Source: Parcubacteria bacterium C7867-001 | GTDB lineage: Bacteria; Patescibacteriota; Minisyncoccia; Phycocordibacterales; Phycocordibacteraceae | Assembly (NCBI GenBank): GCA_001189095.1 | Contig: LFCK01000002.1 | Location: 131,650-195,649 of the forward strand | Length of the DNA: 64,000 nucleotides | Reading direction: 5' to 3' | Shown here: piece by piece, positions 18,952 through 28,542 of the stretch | Numbering within the stretch: position 1 is the stretch's first letter | Layout: every line of letters begins with the position of its first letter | The notes under the pieces: generated by a model | The model's input: only the letters and a program-made list of their open reading frames with translations | Told to the model about the DNA's origin: nothing | Database searches by the model: none | Made by a program: the position numbers and the translations under genes

Positions 18952-18980
18952 TTGCATTCCTCGAGTGCTTCCTATATATT
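18952..18980 (+). promoter_or_regulatory. candidate rpsL promoter: TTGCAT-17 nt-TATATT
   Basis: Directly follows the upstream terminator; about 35 nt before rpsL. Confidence 0.45.
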
Positions 18981-19016
18981 GCTCACATCCCGCAGGGCGG
19001 GATTTTCATTACCTAC

Positions 19017-19427
19017 ATGGCCACCATCAATCAGCTCTCAAAGAAGAGCCGCAAGAACAAAACGAGGAAATCAAAGACCCTCGCTCTTGGTCGTGGCTTC
19101 AATGCGCTCAAGAACCGCCCTACCTACTACGCAGCTCCGTTCAAGCGCGGCGTCTGCACGAAAGTGACCACCAAGACCCCTCGCAAGCCGAACTCGGCTA
19201 TTCGTAAGATCGCCCGCGTTCGCCTCACGAACGGCATGGAAGTCACCGCCTACATTCCGGGTGAAGGACACAACCTTCAGGAGCACTCAGTGGTCATGCT
19301 TCGTGGTGGCCGCGTGAAGGACATTGGCGTTCAGTACACCATCGTCCGCGGTCGCCTCGACACCGCAGGCATCGAGAAGCGCCGCCGTGGCCGCTCGCGC
19401 TATGGCGCTAAGAAGCCAAAGGCATAA
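19017..19427 (+). CDS. rpsL: 30S ribosomal protein S12
   Basis: PTINQL-type N-terminus, PKKPNSA and RGGRVKD motifs. Confidence 0.93.
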   Translation: MATINQLSKKSRKNKTRKSKTLALGRGFNALKNRPTYYAAPFKRGVCTKVTTKTPRKPNSAIRKIARVRLTNGMEVTAYIPGEGHNLQEHSVVMLRGGRVKDIGVQYTIVRGRLDTAGIEKRRRGRSRYGAKKPKA

Positions 19428-19439
19428 TTTTTCTAGACC

Positions 19440-19907
19440 ATGCGACGCCCAATAAAAAACAAGCACCCACGCCAGCCCGATCAGAAATTCAAGTCGGAAG
19501 CTATTTCGCGCTTCATCAACACCGTAATGCTCGACGGCAAGAAGGACACTGCACGCAAGGTCGTCTATGACGCACTTGATCTCCTTAAGAAGGAAGATGG
19601 CGTCGATCCGATCGAAGTCTTCGAGACCGCGATTCGCAACGTCTCGCCGGTGATGGAAGTCCGCTCCCGCCGTGTCGGTGGCGCTAACTATCAGGTTCCG
19701 CGCGAAGTTCCGCAGCAGCGCCGCACCAGCCTCGCGTATCGCTGGCTCATCAATGCTGCTCGCGCAAAGAAGGGAAAGCCGATGGCCGAGAAGCTCGCAA
19801 ACGAAATCCTCATGGCAGCAAAGAACGAAGGGGAAGCAATCAAGAAGAAGGACGACATGCACCGCATGGCAGACGCCAACAAGGCATTCGCTCACTTCGC
19901 TTGGTAA
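19440..19907 (+). CDS. rpsG: 30S ribosomal protein S7
   Basis: Conserved uS7 sequence; immediately downstream of rpsL. Confidence 0.93.
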   Translation: MRRPIKNKHPRQPDQKFKSEAISRFINTVMLDGKKDTARKVVYDALDLLKKEDGVDPIEVFETAIRNVSPVMEVRSRRVGGANYQVPREVPQQRRTSLAYRWLINAARAKKGKPMAEKLANEILMAAKNEGEAIKKKDDMHRMADANKAFAHFAW

Positions 19908-19924
19908 CCGGTTTTATAAAGCAA

Positions 19925-19958
19925 AGGAAAACGCGCCCCGTATGGGGCGCGTTTGCGT
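19925..19958. terminator. bidirectional terminator (AAACGCGCCCC-GTAT-GGGGCGCGTTT)
   Basis: Lies between rpsG (+) and a convergent minus-strand gene, where fusA would normally follow. Confidence 0.6.
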
Positions 19959-20249
19959 TCAGGACGTTGTTCTGCTGATTCGCAATAGGTTGGGAATATT
20001 CATTGTCTCAAATTCGTCGAGCACTTCTTGACCGGGGATATCATAGGACTCCCAAAAGTTCTGTTCCTCGTCGCGCAGAGAGAAAGTCAGAAGGCATGAG
20101 TACCATGGACCGCGCGGACGTGGATCCGCGTCGTTCTTCTCCATGAATCCTTGATTTTGAATAGCGCCAAAGAATTGCTTCGAGAGCGCTTTGTCTTCTG
20201 GGCGAAGTCCGAGCTCTCGGAATCGAGAAGCGAATTTACTTTCAGCCAT
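19959..20249 (-). CDS. hypothetical protein (96 aa)
   Basis: SD AAAGGAG 7 nt upstream of ATG. Confidence 0.45.
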   Translation of the reverse strand: MAESKFASRFRELGLRPEDKALSKQFFGAIQNQGFMEKNDADPRPRGPWYSCLLTFSLRDEEQNFWESYDIPGQEVLDEFETMNIPNLLRISRTTS

Positions 20250-20386
20250 GACTGGCTCCTTTCATCTGCCGCGGACTGTAGCATTCACAAGCATAAAAGA
20301 AAAACGCACTCATACGGCGCCGCTTTTCGTTTCGGGAAATCCGCGTATACTCGCGGGCAGGCTTTTGTTCCTAGGAGAGTTACCTC

Positions 20387-21157
20387 ATGCAGGTAGTCAA
20401 AGCATCAACCAAACTCTATCGAGACCGCGACCTTACCGCGCCTGTCGAGACGGAACTCCTCATCGGGGAAATTTTCGATGAGGACTACGTCGACTTCGGC
20501 TGGGTCCACGGAAAAGCGCGCCTTGATGGTTACCAAGGATACGTTCGTCTTCTCGATGTGCATCCCGGCGAGCGGACGACGACGCACCGCGTAAGCGCCG
20601 TGCGTACCATCGGATACGCTGCTCCGGATCTTAAATCGTCGGCCATCGAGTGGTTGTCCATCAACTCGCTCGGATGCATCGAGGAAGAAGTGAACGGCTT
20701 CACGCGGTTCAATGGTATCTGGGTACCGACGCAGCATATCGCGGCGCTCGATAAACCAACGCCGAACTATGTCGAAGTCGCTCGAGGATTCATCGGGACT
20801 CCGTATCTTTGGGGCGGGCGCGACGCCAATCACGGCGTCGATTGTTCCGGTCTCGTGCAGCAGGCATTGCTTGCGACCGGTCGCGTCGTTCCGCGAGACA
20901 GCGGACCGCAATCCGAAAGAATCGGCGTTCTCATCAATCCCGAAGGAGGCGACGGTATCGGCACGGGTGACTTCGTGTTCTGGAAGGGGCACGTCGGAAT
21001 CGTGACCGGTCTCGATGGTCGCGGCAATGACAGCCTTATTCATGCAACCGCAGATCATATGCGGGTCGTGGAAGAACCGCTCGAGCTTGTCATCAAGCGT
21101 CGAAGGGCTCAGGGCGGGGGAGAATCGCTCTGCTACCGGCGGATACTTCCGAAATGA
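20387..21157 (+). CDS. NlpC/P60 (C40) peptidase with N-terminal SH3b-like domain (YkfC/DPP6-like cell-wall endopeptidase)
   Basis: GTPYLWGG...GVDCSGLVQ (catalytic Cys), GDFVFW..GHVGIV (His) and IHA motifs. Confidence 0.85.
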   Translation: MQVVKASTKLYRDRDLTAPVETELLIGEIFDEDYVDFGWVHGKARLDGYQGYVRLLDVHPGERTTTHRVSAVRTIGYAAPDLKSSAIEWLSINSLGCIEEEVNGFTRFNGIWVPTQHIAALDKPTPNYVEVARGFIGTPYLWGGRDANHGVDCSGLVQQALLATGRVVPRDSGPQSERIGVLINPEGGDGIGTGDFVFWKGHVGIVTGLDGRGNDSLIHATADHMRVVEEPLELVIKRRRAQGGGESLCYRRILPK

Positions 21158-21194
21158 AAAACGGCGCCCCACAGGGGCGCCGTTATCTTTTTTG
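21157..21194. terminator. bidirectional terminator (AACGGCGCCCC-ACAG-GGGCGCCGTT ATCTTTTTT)
   Basis: GC stem plus T-run. Confidence 0.6.
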
Positions 21195-21203
21195 TGTGGC
21201 GTC

Positions 21204-21485
21204 TTACGCGAAGGCGATTCGCGTATAGCCGTTTGCGGAGAGATCATGACTCCCAGGTTTGAAGAGCCACTGCACGCCGTTGTAGGCGAACGTGACGATC
21301 CAGGGAATCGAGAAGAAGCAGGGTGCGCCTGGCAATCCGTTCAGGACTGTGAACACTTTGTTCTGTTCGGGCAGCGCTGCTTTTTCTTCTTTGGCTCGCT
21401 TGCTCATATGGACGCGCGGTGGCGCCTCCGTGAGTGGCTTGAAGCCCATCTCCTCGAGATTTCCAAAGTTCTTGAGTGCGGTCAT
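21204..21485 (-). CDS. hypothetical protein (93 aa)
   Basis: Weak SD GGAAGGGGA; sits between the NlpC/P60 gene and fusA. Confidence 0.35.
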   Translation of the reverse strand: MTALKNFGNLEEMGFKPLTEAPPRVHMSKRAKEEKAALPEQNKVFTVLNGLPGAPCFFSIPWIVTFAYNGVQWLFKPGSHDLSANGYTRIAFA

Positions 21486-21635
21486 TTCTATCCCCTTCCG
21501 CTAGTACCAATATGAACATTAACGTATTTTTAGCCACTTGTCCAGTTTCATGTCTCCAGCCTTTGCTTTTTGGGGGCTTTTTCCGTATCTTGTAGCTAAC
21601 GGCCCAAGGGGCTTTTTAATTTACTTACCTTATAT

Positions 21636-23783
21636 ATGAATCGAGATTATCCGCTAGATAAGGTTCGCAACTTCGGCATCGTCGCTCACGTGGACGCTGG
21701 TAAAACCACCACGTCTGAACGCGTGCTCTTCTACACTGGCTCCCAGCACAAAATCGGGGAAGTGCACGAGGGTGAGACCACGACCGACTGGATGGAGCAG
21801 GAGCGCGAGCGCGGCATCACCATCACGGCGGCTGCCATAACCTGCTTCTGGACCCGCACGTCCGAGAAAGACAAGAAGGACACGGCAAAGAAGTTCCGCT
21901 TCAATGTCATCGACACACCGGGACACATCGACTTCACCGCAGAAGTGAAGCGCTCCATGCGCGTGCTCGACGGCGCTATCGTCGTTTTCGACGGTGTCGC
22001 TGGCGTCGAACCGCAGTCGGAAACCAACTGGCGTTACGCTGACGAAGCGAACGTGCCGCGTGTCTGCTTCATCAACAAGCTCGATCGTACCGGTGCATCG
22101 TTCGAAGACTCCTACAAATCGATTCTCGACCGCCTCTCGAAGAAGGCCGTGCGCGCGCAGATCCCTATGGGTGCGGAAGGTGACTTCAAGGGTGTCGTCG
22201 ACCTCCTTTCCCGCAAGTCCTTCACCTTTGAAGGAAACATGGGTGAGAACGTCATCGAAGGCGAGGTTCCGGAAGAATTCAAAGCCGATATGGAGAAGTA
22301 TCGTGCTGAACTCGTGGAGCGCATCGTCTCCCAGGACGAAGCTGCAATGAATGCCTACCTCGAAGGAAACGAGCCGTCGCTCGAAGAGCTCAAAGCGCTT
22401 CTTCGCAAAGCGGTTATCGCAAACGAAATCTTTCCGGTCTACACCGGCTCGGCTCTTAAGAACAAGGGTGTGCAGCTCGTGCTCGACGCCGTCGTCGACT
22501 ACCTCCCAAGTCCGCTCGATCTTCCGCCGGTTACCGGCATCAATCCGAAGACCGATCAGCCAGTCGAACGTCAGGTTTCTGATGACGAGCCGTTCACCGC
22601 GCTCGCCTTCAAGCTCCAGACGGACCCGTTCGTCGGTGCACTGACCTTCTTCCGCGTATACGCAGGAACGGTCTCTGCCGGTTCCTATATTTACAACGCG
22701 AACACGGGCGCAAAGGAGCGCATTGGTCGCATCGTTCGTCTTCAGGCAGACAAGCGCGAAGAAGTGGAGAAAGTCTTCACCGGAGAAATCGCTGCATTCG
22801 TCGGCATGAAGGAAACGAAGACCTCGCATACGCTCTGCGACGAAGCGAATCCGATCATCCTCGAAGAAATTAAATTCCCTGAGCCAGTGGTGTCGCTTCG
22901 CATCGAGCCAGCTACCAAGGCCGATCAGGAGAAAATGGGTATCGCTATCCGCAAGCTCGCAGATGAAGACCCGACCTTCAAGGTGTCTTCGGACGAAGAG
23001 ACTGCCGAGACCATCATCTCGGGCATGGGTGAGCTTCACCTTGAAATTCTCGTTGATCGCATGAAGCGCGAGTTCAACGTCGTCGCAAATGTCGGTAAAC
23101 CACAGGTCGCCTACCGCGAAACCGTCATGGGTACTGCAGATGTCGAGAACAAGTACATCAAGCAGACGGGAGGTAAGGGTCAGTACGGCCACGTGAAGAT
23201 TAAACTCAAGCACCTCGAGCCAATTGATCCAGAAGCTAAGATCGCGAAGAACGTTACGCGCGAAGACCACTTCGAGTTCGTGAACAACATTAAGGGAGGT
23301 GTTATTCCGCAGGAATACATTCCAGCAGTGGAAAAGGGTATCCGCGAATCCCTCACCCGCGGTATTCTCGCTGGCTACCCAATAGTGGATGTGTCGGTGG
23401 ATCTCTACGACGGTTCGTACCACGATGTGGACTCGTCTGAAATCGCCTTCAAGATCGCTGCATCGCAGGCCTTCCAAGAAGCTGCCCAGAAAGCAAAGCC
23501 GGTCATTCTCGAACCGATCATGAAAGTCGAAGTCGTCGTTCCTGAGCAGTTCATGGGTGATATCACCGGTTCGCTCTCAGGAAAGCGCGGCGCTATCGAA
23601 GGCATGGAGGATCGCGGTATGAACAAGGCAATCAATGCCAAGGTGCCGCTCTCCGAAATGTTCGGGTACACCACGAGTCTTCGCTCGATGACCGAAGGTC
23701 GCGGTTCCATGACTATGGAATTCGATCACTACGAGGTCGTGCCAGCTAACGTAGCTAACGATATTATTGCTTCTCGTAAATAA
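21636..23783 (+). CDS. fusA: translation elongation factor G
   Basis: G1 AHVDAGKTT, DTPGHIDF, NKLD and all five EF-G domains. Confidence 0.95.
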   Translation: MNRDYPLDKVRNFGIVAHVDAGKTTTSERVLFYTGSQHKIGEVHEGETTTDWMEQERERGITITAAAITCFWTRTSEKDKKDTAKKFRFNVIDTPGHIDFTAEVKRSMRVLDGAIVVFDGVAGVEPQSETNWRYADEANVPRVCFINKLDRTGASFEDSYKSILDRLSKKAVRAQIPMGAEGDFKGVVDLLSRKSFTFEGNMGENVIEGEVPEEFKADMEKYRAELVERIVSQDEAAMNAYLEGNEPSLEELKALLRKAVIANEIFPVYTGSALKNKGVQLVLDAVVDYLPSPLDLPPVTGINPKTDQPVERQVSDDEPFTALAFKLQTDPFVGALTFFRVYAGTVSAGSYIYNANTGAKERIGRIVRLQADKREEVEKVFTGEIAAFVGMKETKTSHTLCDEANPIILEEIKFPEPVVSLRIEPATKADQEKMGIAIRKLADEDPTFKVSSDEETAETIISGMGELHLEILVDRMKREFNVVANVGKPQVAYRETVMGTADVENKYIKQTGGKGQYGHVKIKLKHLEPIDPEAKIAKNVTREDHFEFVNNIKGGVIPQEYIPAVEKGIRESLTRGILAGYPIVDVSVDLYDGSYHDVDSSEIAFKIAASQAFQEAAQKAKPVILEPIMKVEVVVPEQFMGDITGSLSGKRGAIEGMEDRGMNKAINAKVPLSEMFGYTTSLRSMTEGRGSMTMEFDHYEVVPANVANDIIASRK

Positions 23784-23795
23784 TTAAATCTCCCA

Positions 23796-23836
23796 AACAC
23801 AAAACCCGCGGCCAAAGGCCGCGGGTTTTGTGTTAT
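23796..23836 (+). terminator. intrinsic terminator (AAAACCCGCGGCC-AAA-GGCCGCGGGTTTTGTGTT)
   Basis: 13-bp stem plus T-rich tail directly after fusA. Confidence 0.65.
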
Positions 23837-23847
23837 TCTGCGAAATT

Positions 23848-24852
23848 ATGAAGGGACCCCTGTTGGTCATCGCTCTCGCACTCCTCATCGGTGTCGTTGC
23901 GGGTGCCGGATATCTCTACGTTACGTCGCAAAAAGCACCTGCCGGTCCGAATCTGATTGAGAATACGAACTCCTCTACGTCTTCGTCGACTAACTCGGTC
24001 GTTACTGAAAAAGAAAAACAGGGCACGTTGCTTATGAGTTACGGGAAAACACTTTTGCCCTCCATAGAAACTACGCTGCCAGTAGCACAAGGTTTGTGTG
24101 GTCTTGTCTACGGCAACTTCTGTGCATGGAATGGATCAGCTATTAAAGAGAAAACTTTTTATCTCTACGGAAGCAAGGATAAGCAGCCGAGTATCACCGT
24201 CTCACAGCCGTACCCAAAGACCGTTGTTCAGTACGGTCCCTCGGTGCCCATTCGCTTTACCGACGCCGGACCGACAGGTCCTCATCGCGTCTATCTGATT
24301 CATCGGAACCTCCTCGGGGAAGTGAATGAAGTCCATGAGGCACATATCGTGAGTGAAAGCGGAACAAGTGAGCTCACGCTCGTCTGGGACGGGAACGAGT
24401 CCTTGCTTAACGAACGCGGGTCGCTGGTCGTCCAGAAACTTCCCAAAGGGCACTACGAACTTGTTGTCGTGAATACCGCTACTGGAGTTGAGGGCGGCGT
24501 TTCCTCGTGGATACACACCATCGACTCTGCAAGCGACGTCGACAAGGTAACCGGAAGTTACATAAAACCGTATGCGCTCAACACGCCGCTCGTTAATTCT
24601 TACTGGGACGGTCGGGGCATTTTCTTTGATGGTGGGGGAGACGAAGACAACATCGGTCTCACGTTTAAGCGAAGCGAAATCGCTGTCTTCCGAGGCATTG
24701 ATGTGCCGGAGAAGGGTCAGCTAAACACGCTTGTATTCTTTCGTCGTCCCGACAACGTCGTTATCGTCACGGCCAATGTCGAAACTTTCCAATTTGCAGA
24801 CCAAAAACTGACCGTTGCGCAGCTGCTCCAGCAGATTGCCTCTGGAAAATAA
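23848..24852 (+). CDS. hypothetical exported or membrane-anchored protein (N-terminal TM/signal anchor, about 335 aa)
   Basis: Hydrophobic N-terminus MKGPLLVIALALLIGVVAGAG; no recognisable domain. Confidence 0.5.
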   Translation: MKGPLLVIALALLIGVVAGAGYLYVTSQKAPAGPNLIENTNSSTSSSTNSVVTEKEKQGTLLMSYGKTLLPSIETTLPVAQGLCGLVYGNFCAWNGSAIKEKTFYLYGSKDKQPSITVSQPYPKTVVQYGPSVPIRFTDAGPTGPHRVYLIHRNLLGEVNEVHEAHIVSESGTSELTLVWDGNESLLNERGSLVVQKLPKGHYELVVVNTATGVEGGVSSWIHTIDSASDVDKVTGSYIKPYALNTPLVNSYWDGRGIFFDGGGDEDNIGLTFKRSEIAVFRGIDVPEKGQLNTLVFFRRPDNVVIVTANVETFQFADQKLTVAQLLQQIASGK

Positions 24853-24854
24853 AA

Positions 24855-24885
24855 TATCCCCGCACACCTTTGGTGTGCGGGGCAG
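24855..24885. terminator. bidirectional terminator (CCCCGCACACC-TTTG-GTGTGCGGGG)
   Basis: Perfect hairpin between convergent ORFs. Confidence 0.5.
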
Positions 24886-24888
24886 TCC

Positions 24889-25050
24889 TTAAATAAGGTA
24901 GAACCAGCGGAGCAGAAAGAGCCCGATGACAAAGGTGCCGATCGCGCCGTAGAGTGCGTGGCGCAAAAGCTCCATACACTCTTCGCGGGTGAACCCTTTG
25001 CGTGGCTGCATCGGGAGCGGTTCGCCTCGCCGGTATTCCATGGGTCGCAT
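24889..25050 (-). CDS. 53-aa small membrane protein (MRPMEYRRGEPLPMQPRKGFTREECMELLRHALYGAIGTFVIGLFLLRWFYLI)
   Basis: Perfect SD GAGGAGGTG 5 nt upstream of ATG; C-terminal TM helix; absent from the ORF track because under 60 aa. Confidence 0.4.
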   Translation of the reverse strand: MRPMEYRRGEPLPMQPRKGFTREECMELLRHALYGAIGTFVIGLFLLRWFYLI

Positions 25051-25164
25051 GAGACACCTCCTCTCTCCTTAGTGAAATAAATTGTGACCTATCTGTCAAT
25101 TTCCCCTCGCTTTTTTCCCGAGGAGGAGTACGCTTACTACTAGTTGGGAAAGAAAGGGCTTCGC

Positions 25165-25629
25165 ATGACAGTCATGGAATCCGGAGACCTTCTCGAGGTC
25201 TTTGAACGTTATCTGGAAGCTTCCGACATTGAGCACGACCGTCTCTCCGACGATTCGCTCATTACGCCCGCGCCCGGTTTCCTTGTCCAAGATGCCATGC
25301 GCATCGTGCAGGGAGACGAGGACGAGTGCCTCATCCTCGGCATACAAATTTCGCCGTCCGACTTCGGATATGCGGAATTGAGTGCGCTCCTTCAAAGGCT
25401 CAATTCTTGCCTCACTGGCGAAGTTGAGGCGGGAGAGGAGGGTATTTTCTGGGCTATGCCGGTGGCACCGCCCCAAAATCAGGAAGCGTATGAGGAGATT
25501 CTCGAGCTCGCAAGCCGCGACCTCGTCCTCATCGAAATGTTCATGCTGCTCTATGATGCGTGGGGCGATCGCTACACGTTTGAAGAGCACCTCCTGAAGT
25601 GCATGCAGCCGGTCATCGGCTACTGCTAA
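25165..25629 (+). CDS. acidic hypothetical protein (about 154 aa)
   Basis: SD-like GAAAGG upstream of ATG; highly acidic composition; hairpin terminator downstream. Confidence 0.4.
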   Translation: MTVMESGDLLEVFERYLEASDIEHDRLSDDSLITPAPGFLVQDAMRIVQGDEDECLILGIQISPSDFGYAELSALLQRLNSCLTGEVEAGEEGIFWAMPVAPPQNQEAYEEILELASRDLVLIEMFMLLYDAWGDRYTFEEHLLKCMQPVIGYC

Positions 25630-25871
25630 AAATCTACCGCGCCCCGTAGGGGCGCGGTACCGTGTTCATACCTATTGACCTTTTATACGTGCGCCTGTAC
25701 GTTATAGCTAACGCGGATTGGCGCTCTTTTTATTCGACTCCACGGCATTCTGCCGGCAGGGGTGTGGTAAAAGGCGTTTCGCGGGTGGGCACAACCAGCA
25801 AGCGCCTTTTATCTTTTAGATAGTAAGGAGCATTCGCTTATCAATTTAGGTTATCGATAACTTACAAACGT

Positions 25872-27068
25872 ATGGCTGATGCATTCGATCGTTCGAAGCC
25901 GCACATGAACGTAGGTACCATCGGTCACGTCGACCATGGTAAGACCACGCTCACCGCGGCAATCCTGAATGTTCTTAACCTCAACTCGGCAGCAGGCTAC
26001 AAGGCTCGCGTCGAGAAGGTCGAGAACATCGACAACGCGCCTGAAGAAAAGGCTCGTGGTATTACTATTGCTCTTCACCACTCGGAATACGAGTCGCCGA
26101 AGCGTCACTACGCGCACATCGACGCTCCGGGTCACGCAGACTACATCAAGAACATGATCACGGGTGCCGCCCAGATGGACGGCGCAGTTCTCGTGGTCGC
26201 TGCGACTGACGGCGCAATGCCGCAGACGCGCGAGCACATCCTTCTTGCAAAGCAGGTCGGTGTGCCTAAGCTCATCGTCTTCCTCAACAAGGCAGACATG
26301 GTGGACGACAAGGACATGCTTGATCTCGTCGAAGAGGAAATCAAGGAACTTCTTGCAAAGCAGGGTTACACCGATTCCCCAGTCATTAAGGGTTCGGGTC
26401 TCAAGGCACTTGAGGCAACGGACGCAACTAATGAGTGGGCACTCAAGGTGAAGGAACTCGTCGACACGATGGACTCCTACTTCCCAGATCCGGTTCGCGA
26501 AACCGACAAGCCGTTCCTCATGCCGATCGAGGACATCTTCTCGATTGAAGGTCGCGGTACCGTCGTTACGGGCCGCATCGAGCGCGGTATCGTCAAGGTT
26601 GGTGAGGAAGTTGAAATTGTCGGCATGCAGCCAACAACGAAGACGACCATCACTGGTATCGAGATGTTCAACAAGCAGCTTCAGGAAGGTCAGGCTGGCG
26701 ACAACGCAGGTATCCTTCTCCGTGGTACGAAGAAGGAAGACGTGCACCGCGGTCAGGTCCTCTCGAAGTCAGGCGCGGTTACTCCGCACACCGACTTCGA
26801 TGCTGAGGTGTACATCCTCGGCAAGGACGAAGGCGGTCGCCACACCCCATTCTTCACGGGTTACAAGCCGCAGTTCTACGTCCGCACGACGGACGTGACC
26901 GGCGAAGTGACCCTTCCGGAAGGAAAGGAAATGGTCATGCCGGGCGACACTGTCACCTTCAAGGTGAAGCTTGTCGCTCCTATTGCTCTTGAAGAGCAGC
27001 AGCGCTTCGCTATTCGCGAAGGCGGCAAGACCGTGGGTGCAGGTGTCGTGACGAAGATCACGGCGTAA
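25872..27068 (+). CDS. tuf: translation elongation factor Tu
   Basis: [21 protein letters not shown] and SAL-like motifs; 398 aa. Confidence 0.96.
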   Translation: MADAFDRSKPHMNVGTIGHVDHGKTTLTAAILNVLNLNSAAGYKARVEKVENIDNAPEEKARGITIALHHSEYESPKRHYAHIDAPGHADYIKNMITGAAQMDGAVLVVAATDGAMPQTREHILLAKQVGVPKLIVFLNKADMVDDKDMLDLVEEEIKELLAKQGYTDSPVIKGSGLKALEATDATNEWALKVKELVDTMDSYFPDPVRETDKPFLMPIEDIFSIEGRGTVVTGRIERGIVKVGEEVEIVGMQPTTKTTITGIEMFNKQLQEGQAGDNAGILLRGTKKEDVHRGQVLSKSGAVTPHTDFDAEVYILGKDEGGRHTPFFTGYKPQFYVRTTDVTGEVTLPEGKEMVMPGDTVTFKVKLVAPIALEEQQRFAIREGGKTVGAGVVTKITA

Positions 27069-27090
27069 CTAATAGCCTCACGATCCTCGT

Positions 27091-27450
27091 ATGGCAGCCA
27101 CTAAGACCTCGAAGAAAGCTACGGCCGCAGCAGTAGCTGCGGGCGAGAGCAAGCTTCGCATCCGGGTCCGTGCCTACGAGCACAAGATTCTCGATCTCTC
27201 GGTGAAGCAGATCATGGATACGGCAGCGCGTTTCGACGCGAAAGTCGTAGGCCCAGTTCCGCTTCCGACGGAGATCAAGCGCTGGACCGTGAACCGCTCG
27301 ACCTTCGTCCATAAAGACGCGCGCGAGCAGTTCGAGATGCGCATCCACAAGCGACTCATCGACATCCTGAATCCGAATGCGAAAGTCATCGAGGCTCTCA
27401 CGAACCTCAGTCTTCCGTCCGGCGTCACGATTGACGTGAAGATGGTCTAG
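27091..27450 (+). CDS. rpsJ: 30S ribosomal protein S10 (with Ala/Lys-rich N-terminal extension)
   Basis: Conserved uS10 core (RIRVRAYEHKILD...); immediately downstream of tuf. Confidence 0.9.
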   Translation: MAATKTSKKATAAAVAAGESKLRIRVRAYEHKILDLSVKQIMDTAARFDAKVVGPVPLPTEIKRWTVNRSTFVHKDAREQFEMRIHKRLIDILNPNAKVIEALTNLSLPSGVTIDVKMV

Positions 27451-27469
27451 GCAGAATTGCCGAAGACAG

Positions 27470-27505
27470 CACAAAACCGCCCCTTGAGGGGCGGTTTTGC
27501 GTTTG
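27470..27505 (+). terminator. intrinsic terminator (AAAACCGCCCC-TTGA-GGGGCGGTTTT)
   Basis: Sits where rplC would normally follow rpsJ. Confidence 0.6.
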
Positions 27506-27547
27506 ATTCGTCTTAATGATTAAGTGCAAGGAGAAAAGGAGAAAGAG

Positions 27548-27760
27548 ATGCAGTTCAAAACAGAAGCAGAGCGTGCCGAAGCGCGGGATACGGCGCTTAA
27601 AGCCGAAGCTGCAGCGGCCTACCTTAGGGCATGCGTTGATAATTCGCATATCAATGCAGGGCTTCCCGTCATCGATCGGCAGTTCACGGTGCCGCAAGCT
27701 CTTGAAAAGGGTCTGGCGCTTGCTCGAAAGATGGCGACAGAACAAGACTTCGTCGGATAA
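27548..27760 (+). CDS. small hypothetical protein A (70 aa, helical, Ala/Glu-rich)
   Basis: Long purine-rich SD AAGGAGAAAAGGAGAAAGAG before ATG. Confidence 0.5.
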   Translation: MQFKTEAERAEARDTALKAEAAAAYLRACVDNSHINAGLPVIDRQFTVPQALEKGLALARKMATEQDFVG

Positions 27761-27769
27761 CCAAGTCCA

Positions 27770-27805
27770 AAATCAACCGCCCCAGAGCACTGGGGCGGTT
27801 TTGCA
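27770..27805 (+). terminator. intrinsic terminator (CAACCGCCCCAG-AGCAC-TGGGGCGGTT TTGC)
   Basis: Same stem sequence as the two neighbouring terminators. Confidence 0.55.
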
Positions 27806-27866
27806 TCGTTTTCTTTTTGTCTCGCAGATGCTTTACTTCTTCGCAGACTAGGAAAGGAGGTGCGCT

Positions 27867-28166
27867 ATGGCACTTACGGTCGATGAATTCATGGAAGTCC
27901 TGCGAATCGAGAAAAAGCTCGAAAATCGCGAGGAACTCACGCCTGAAGAGCAGTCGTTCGCGAAGGAGTATAACTGCACCGGTCCCACGCCTTGCGGTTG
28001 CGGAACCAACTGCGGTCTCTTCCTCGAGCCGCGCGTCGATGGCGAACGTCCTATGCTTAACGGCAAGGAAGTGAACCCCGATTGCTACTGGCGCGAACAC
28101 GACAAGGATGCGCCGAACGTTATCGGTCGCGGACGTCGCGGCGGTCGCGGTGCCTACGGCGACTGA
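27867..28166 (+). CDS. small Cys-containing protein B (99 aa; CTGPTPCGCGTNCG cluster and C-terminal RGRRGGRGAYGD tail)
   Basis: Excellent SD GAAAGGAGGTG before ATG; five Cys; RGG-like basic tail. Confidence 0.5.
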   Translation: MALTVDEFMEVLRIEKKLENREELTPEEQSFAKEYNCTGPTPCGCGTNCGLFLEPRVDGERPMLNGKEVNPDCYWREHDKDAPNVIGRGRRGGRGAYGD

Positions 28167-28167
28167 C

Positions 28168-28210
28168 CTACAACCGCCCCAGCTTTGCTGGGGCGGTTTG
28201 CTTTTGTCCG
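28168..28210 (+). terminator. intrinsic terminator (CAACCGCCCCAGC-TTTG-CTGGGGCGGTTTG CTTTTG)
   Basis: Third copy of the AACCGCCCC/GGGGCGGTT stem. Confidence 0.55.
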
Positions 28211-28251
28211 GTTTCGTGATATAACATAGGTGGAAATGGAGGAAGGCCAAT

Positions 28252-28542
28252 ATGACACTTGGCGAAGTAATCAACGACTTCATCTTGTCACTCGTCGTAA
28301 AGGTCCTTCCGCACGAACGCAAGCGTGTCGAGCGGAAGATAAAGACCTTTAACGAGATGCACATTCAAACCCTGAAGGAGATGGACGAAATCGAGCGACG
28401 CTCGGCGGCTGGCATCGTCAGTCCCGAGCAGGCGCTTGAAGCGAATGTGAGAAAGGAAGAGGAGCTCTGGAACCAAGAAGAGGAAATCCGGAGACTCGCG
28501 TTTTTCCTCGGCATCCCCTTCGAAACAGCGGCGGCGCTCTAA
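28252..28542 (+). CDS. small hypothetical protein C (96 aa, charged and helical)
   Basis: SD GGAGGAAGG before ATG; hairpin (AAGCCGCGGCTCCCTCTGGGATCCGCGGCTT) downstream. Confidence 0.45.
   Translation: MTLGEVINDFILSLVVKVLPHERKRVERKIKTFNEMHIQTLKEMDEIERRSAAGIVSPEQALEANVRKEEELWNQEEEIRRLAFFLGIPFETAAAL

Noticed and set aside
21654-23477. 607-aa minus-strand ORF
   Set aside because: Entirely antisense to fusA (EF-G), which is unambiguous; low-complexity composition.
25851-26747. 298-aa minus-strand ORF
   Set aside because: Antisense to tuf.
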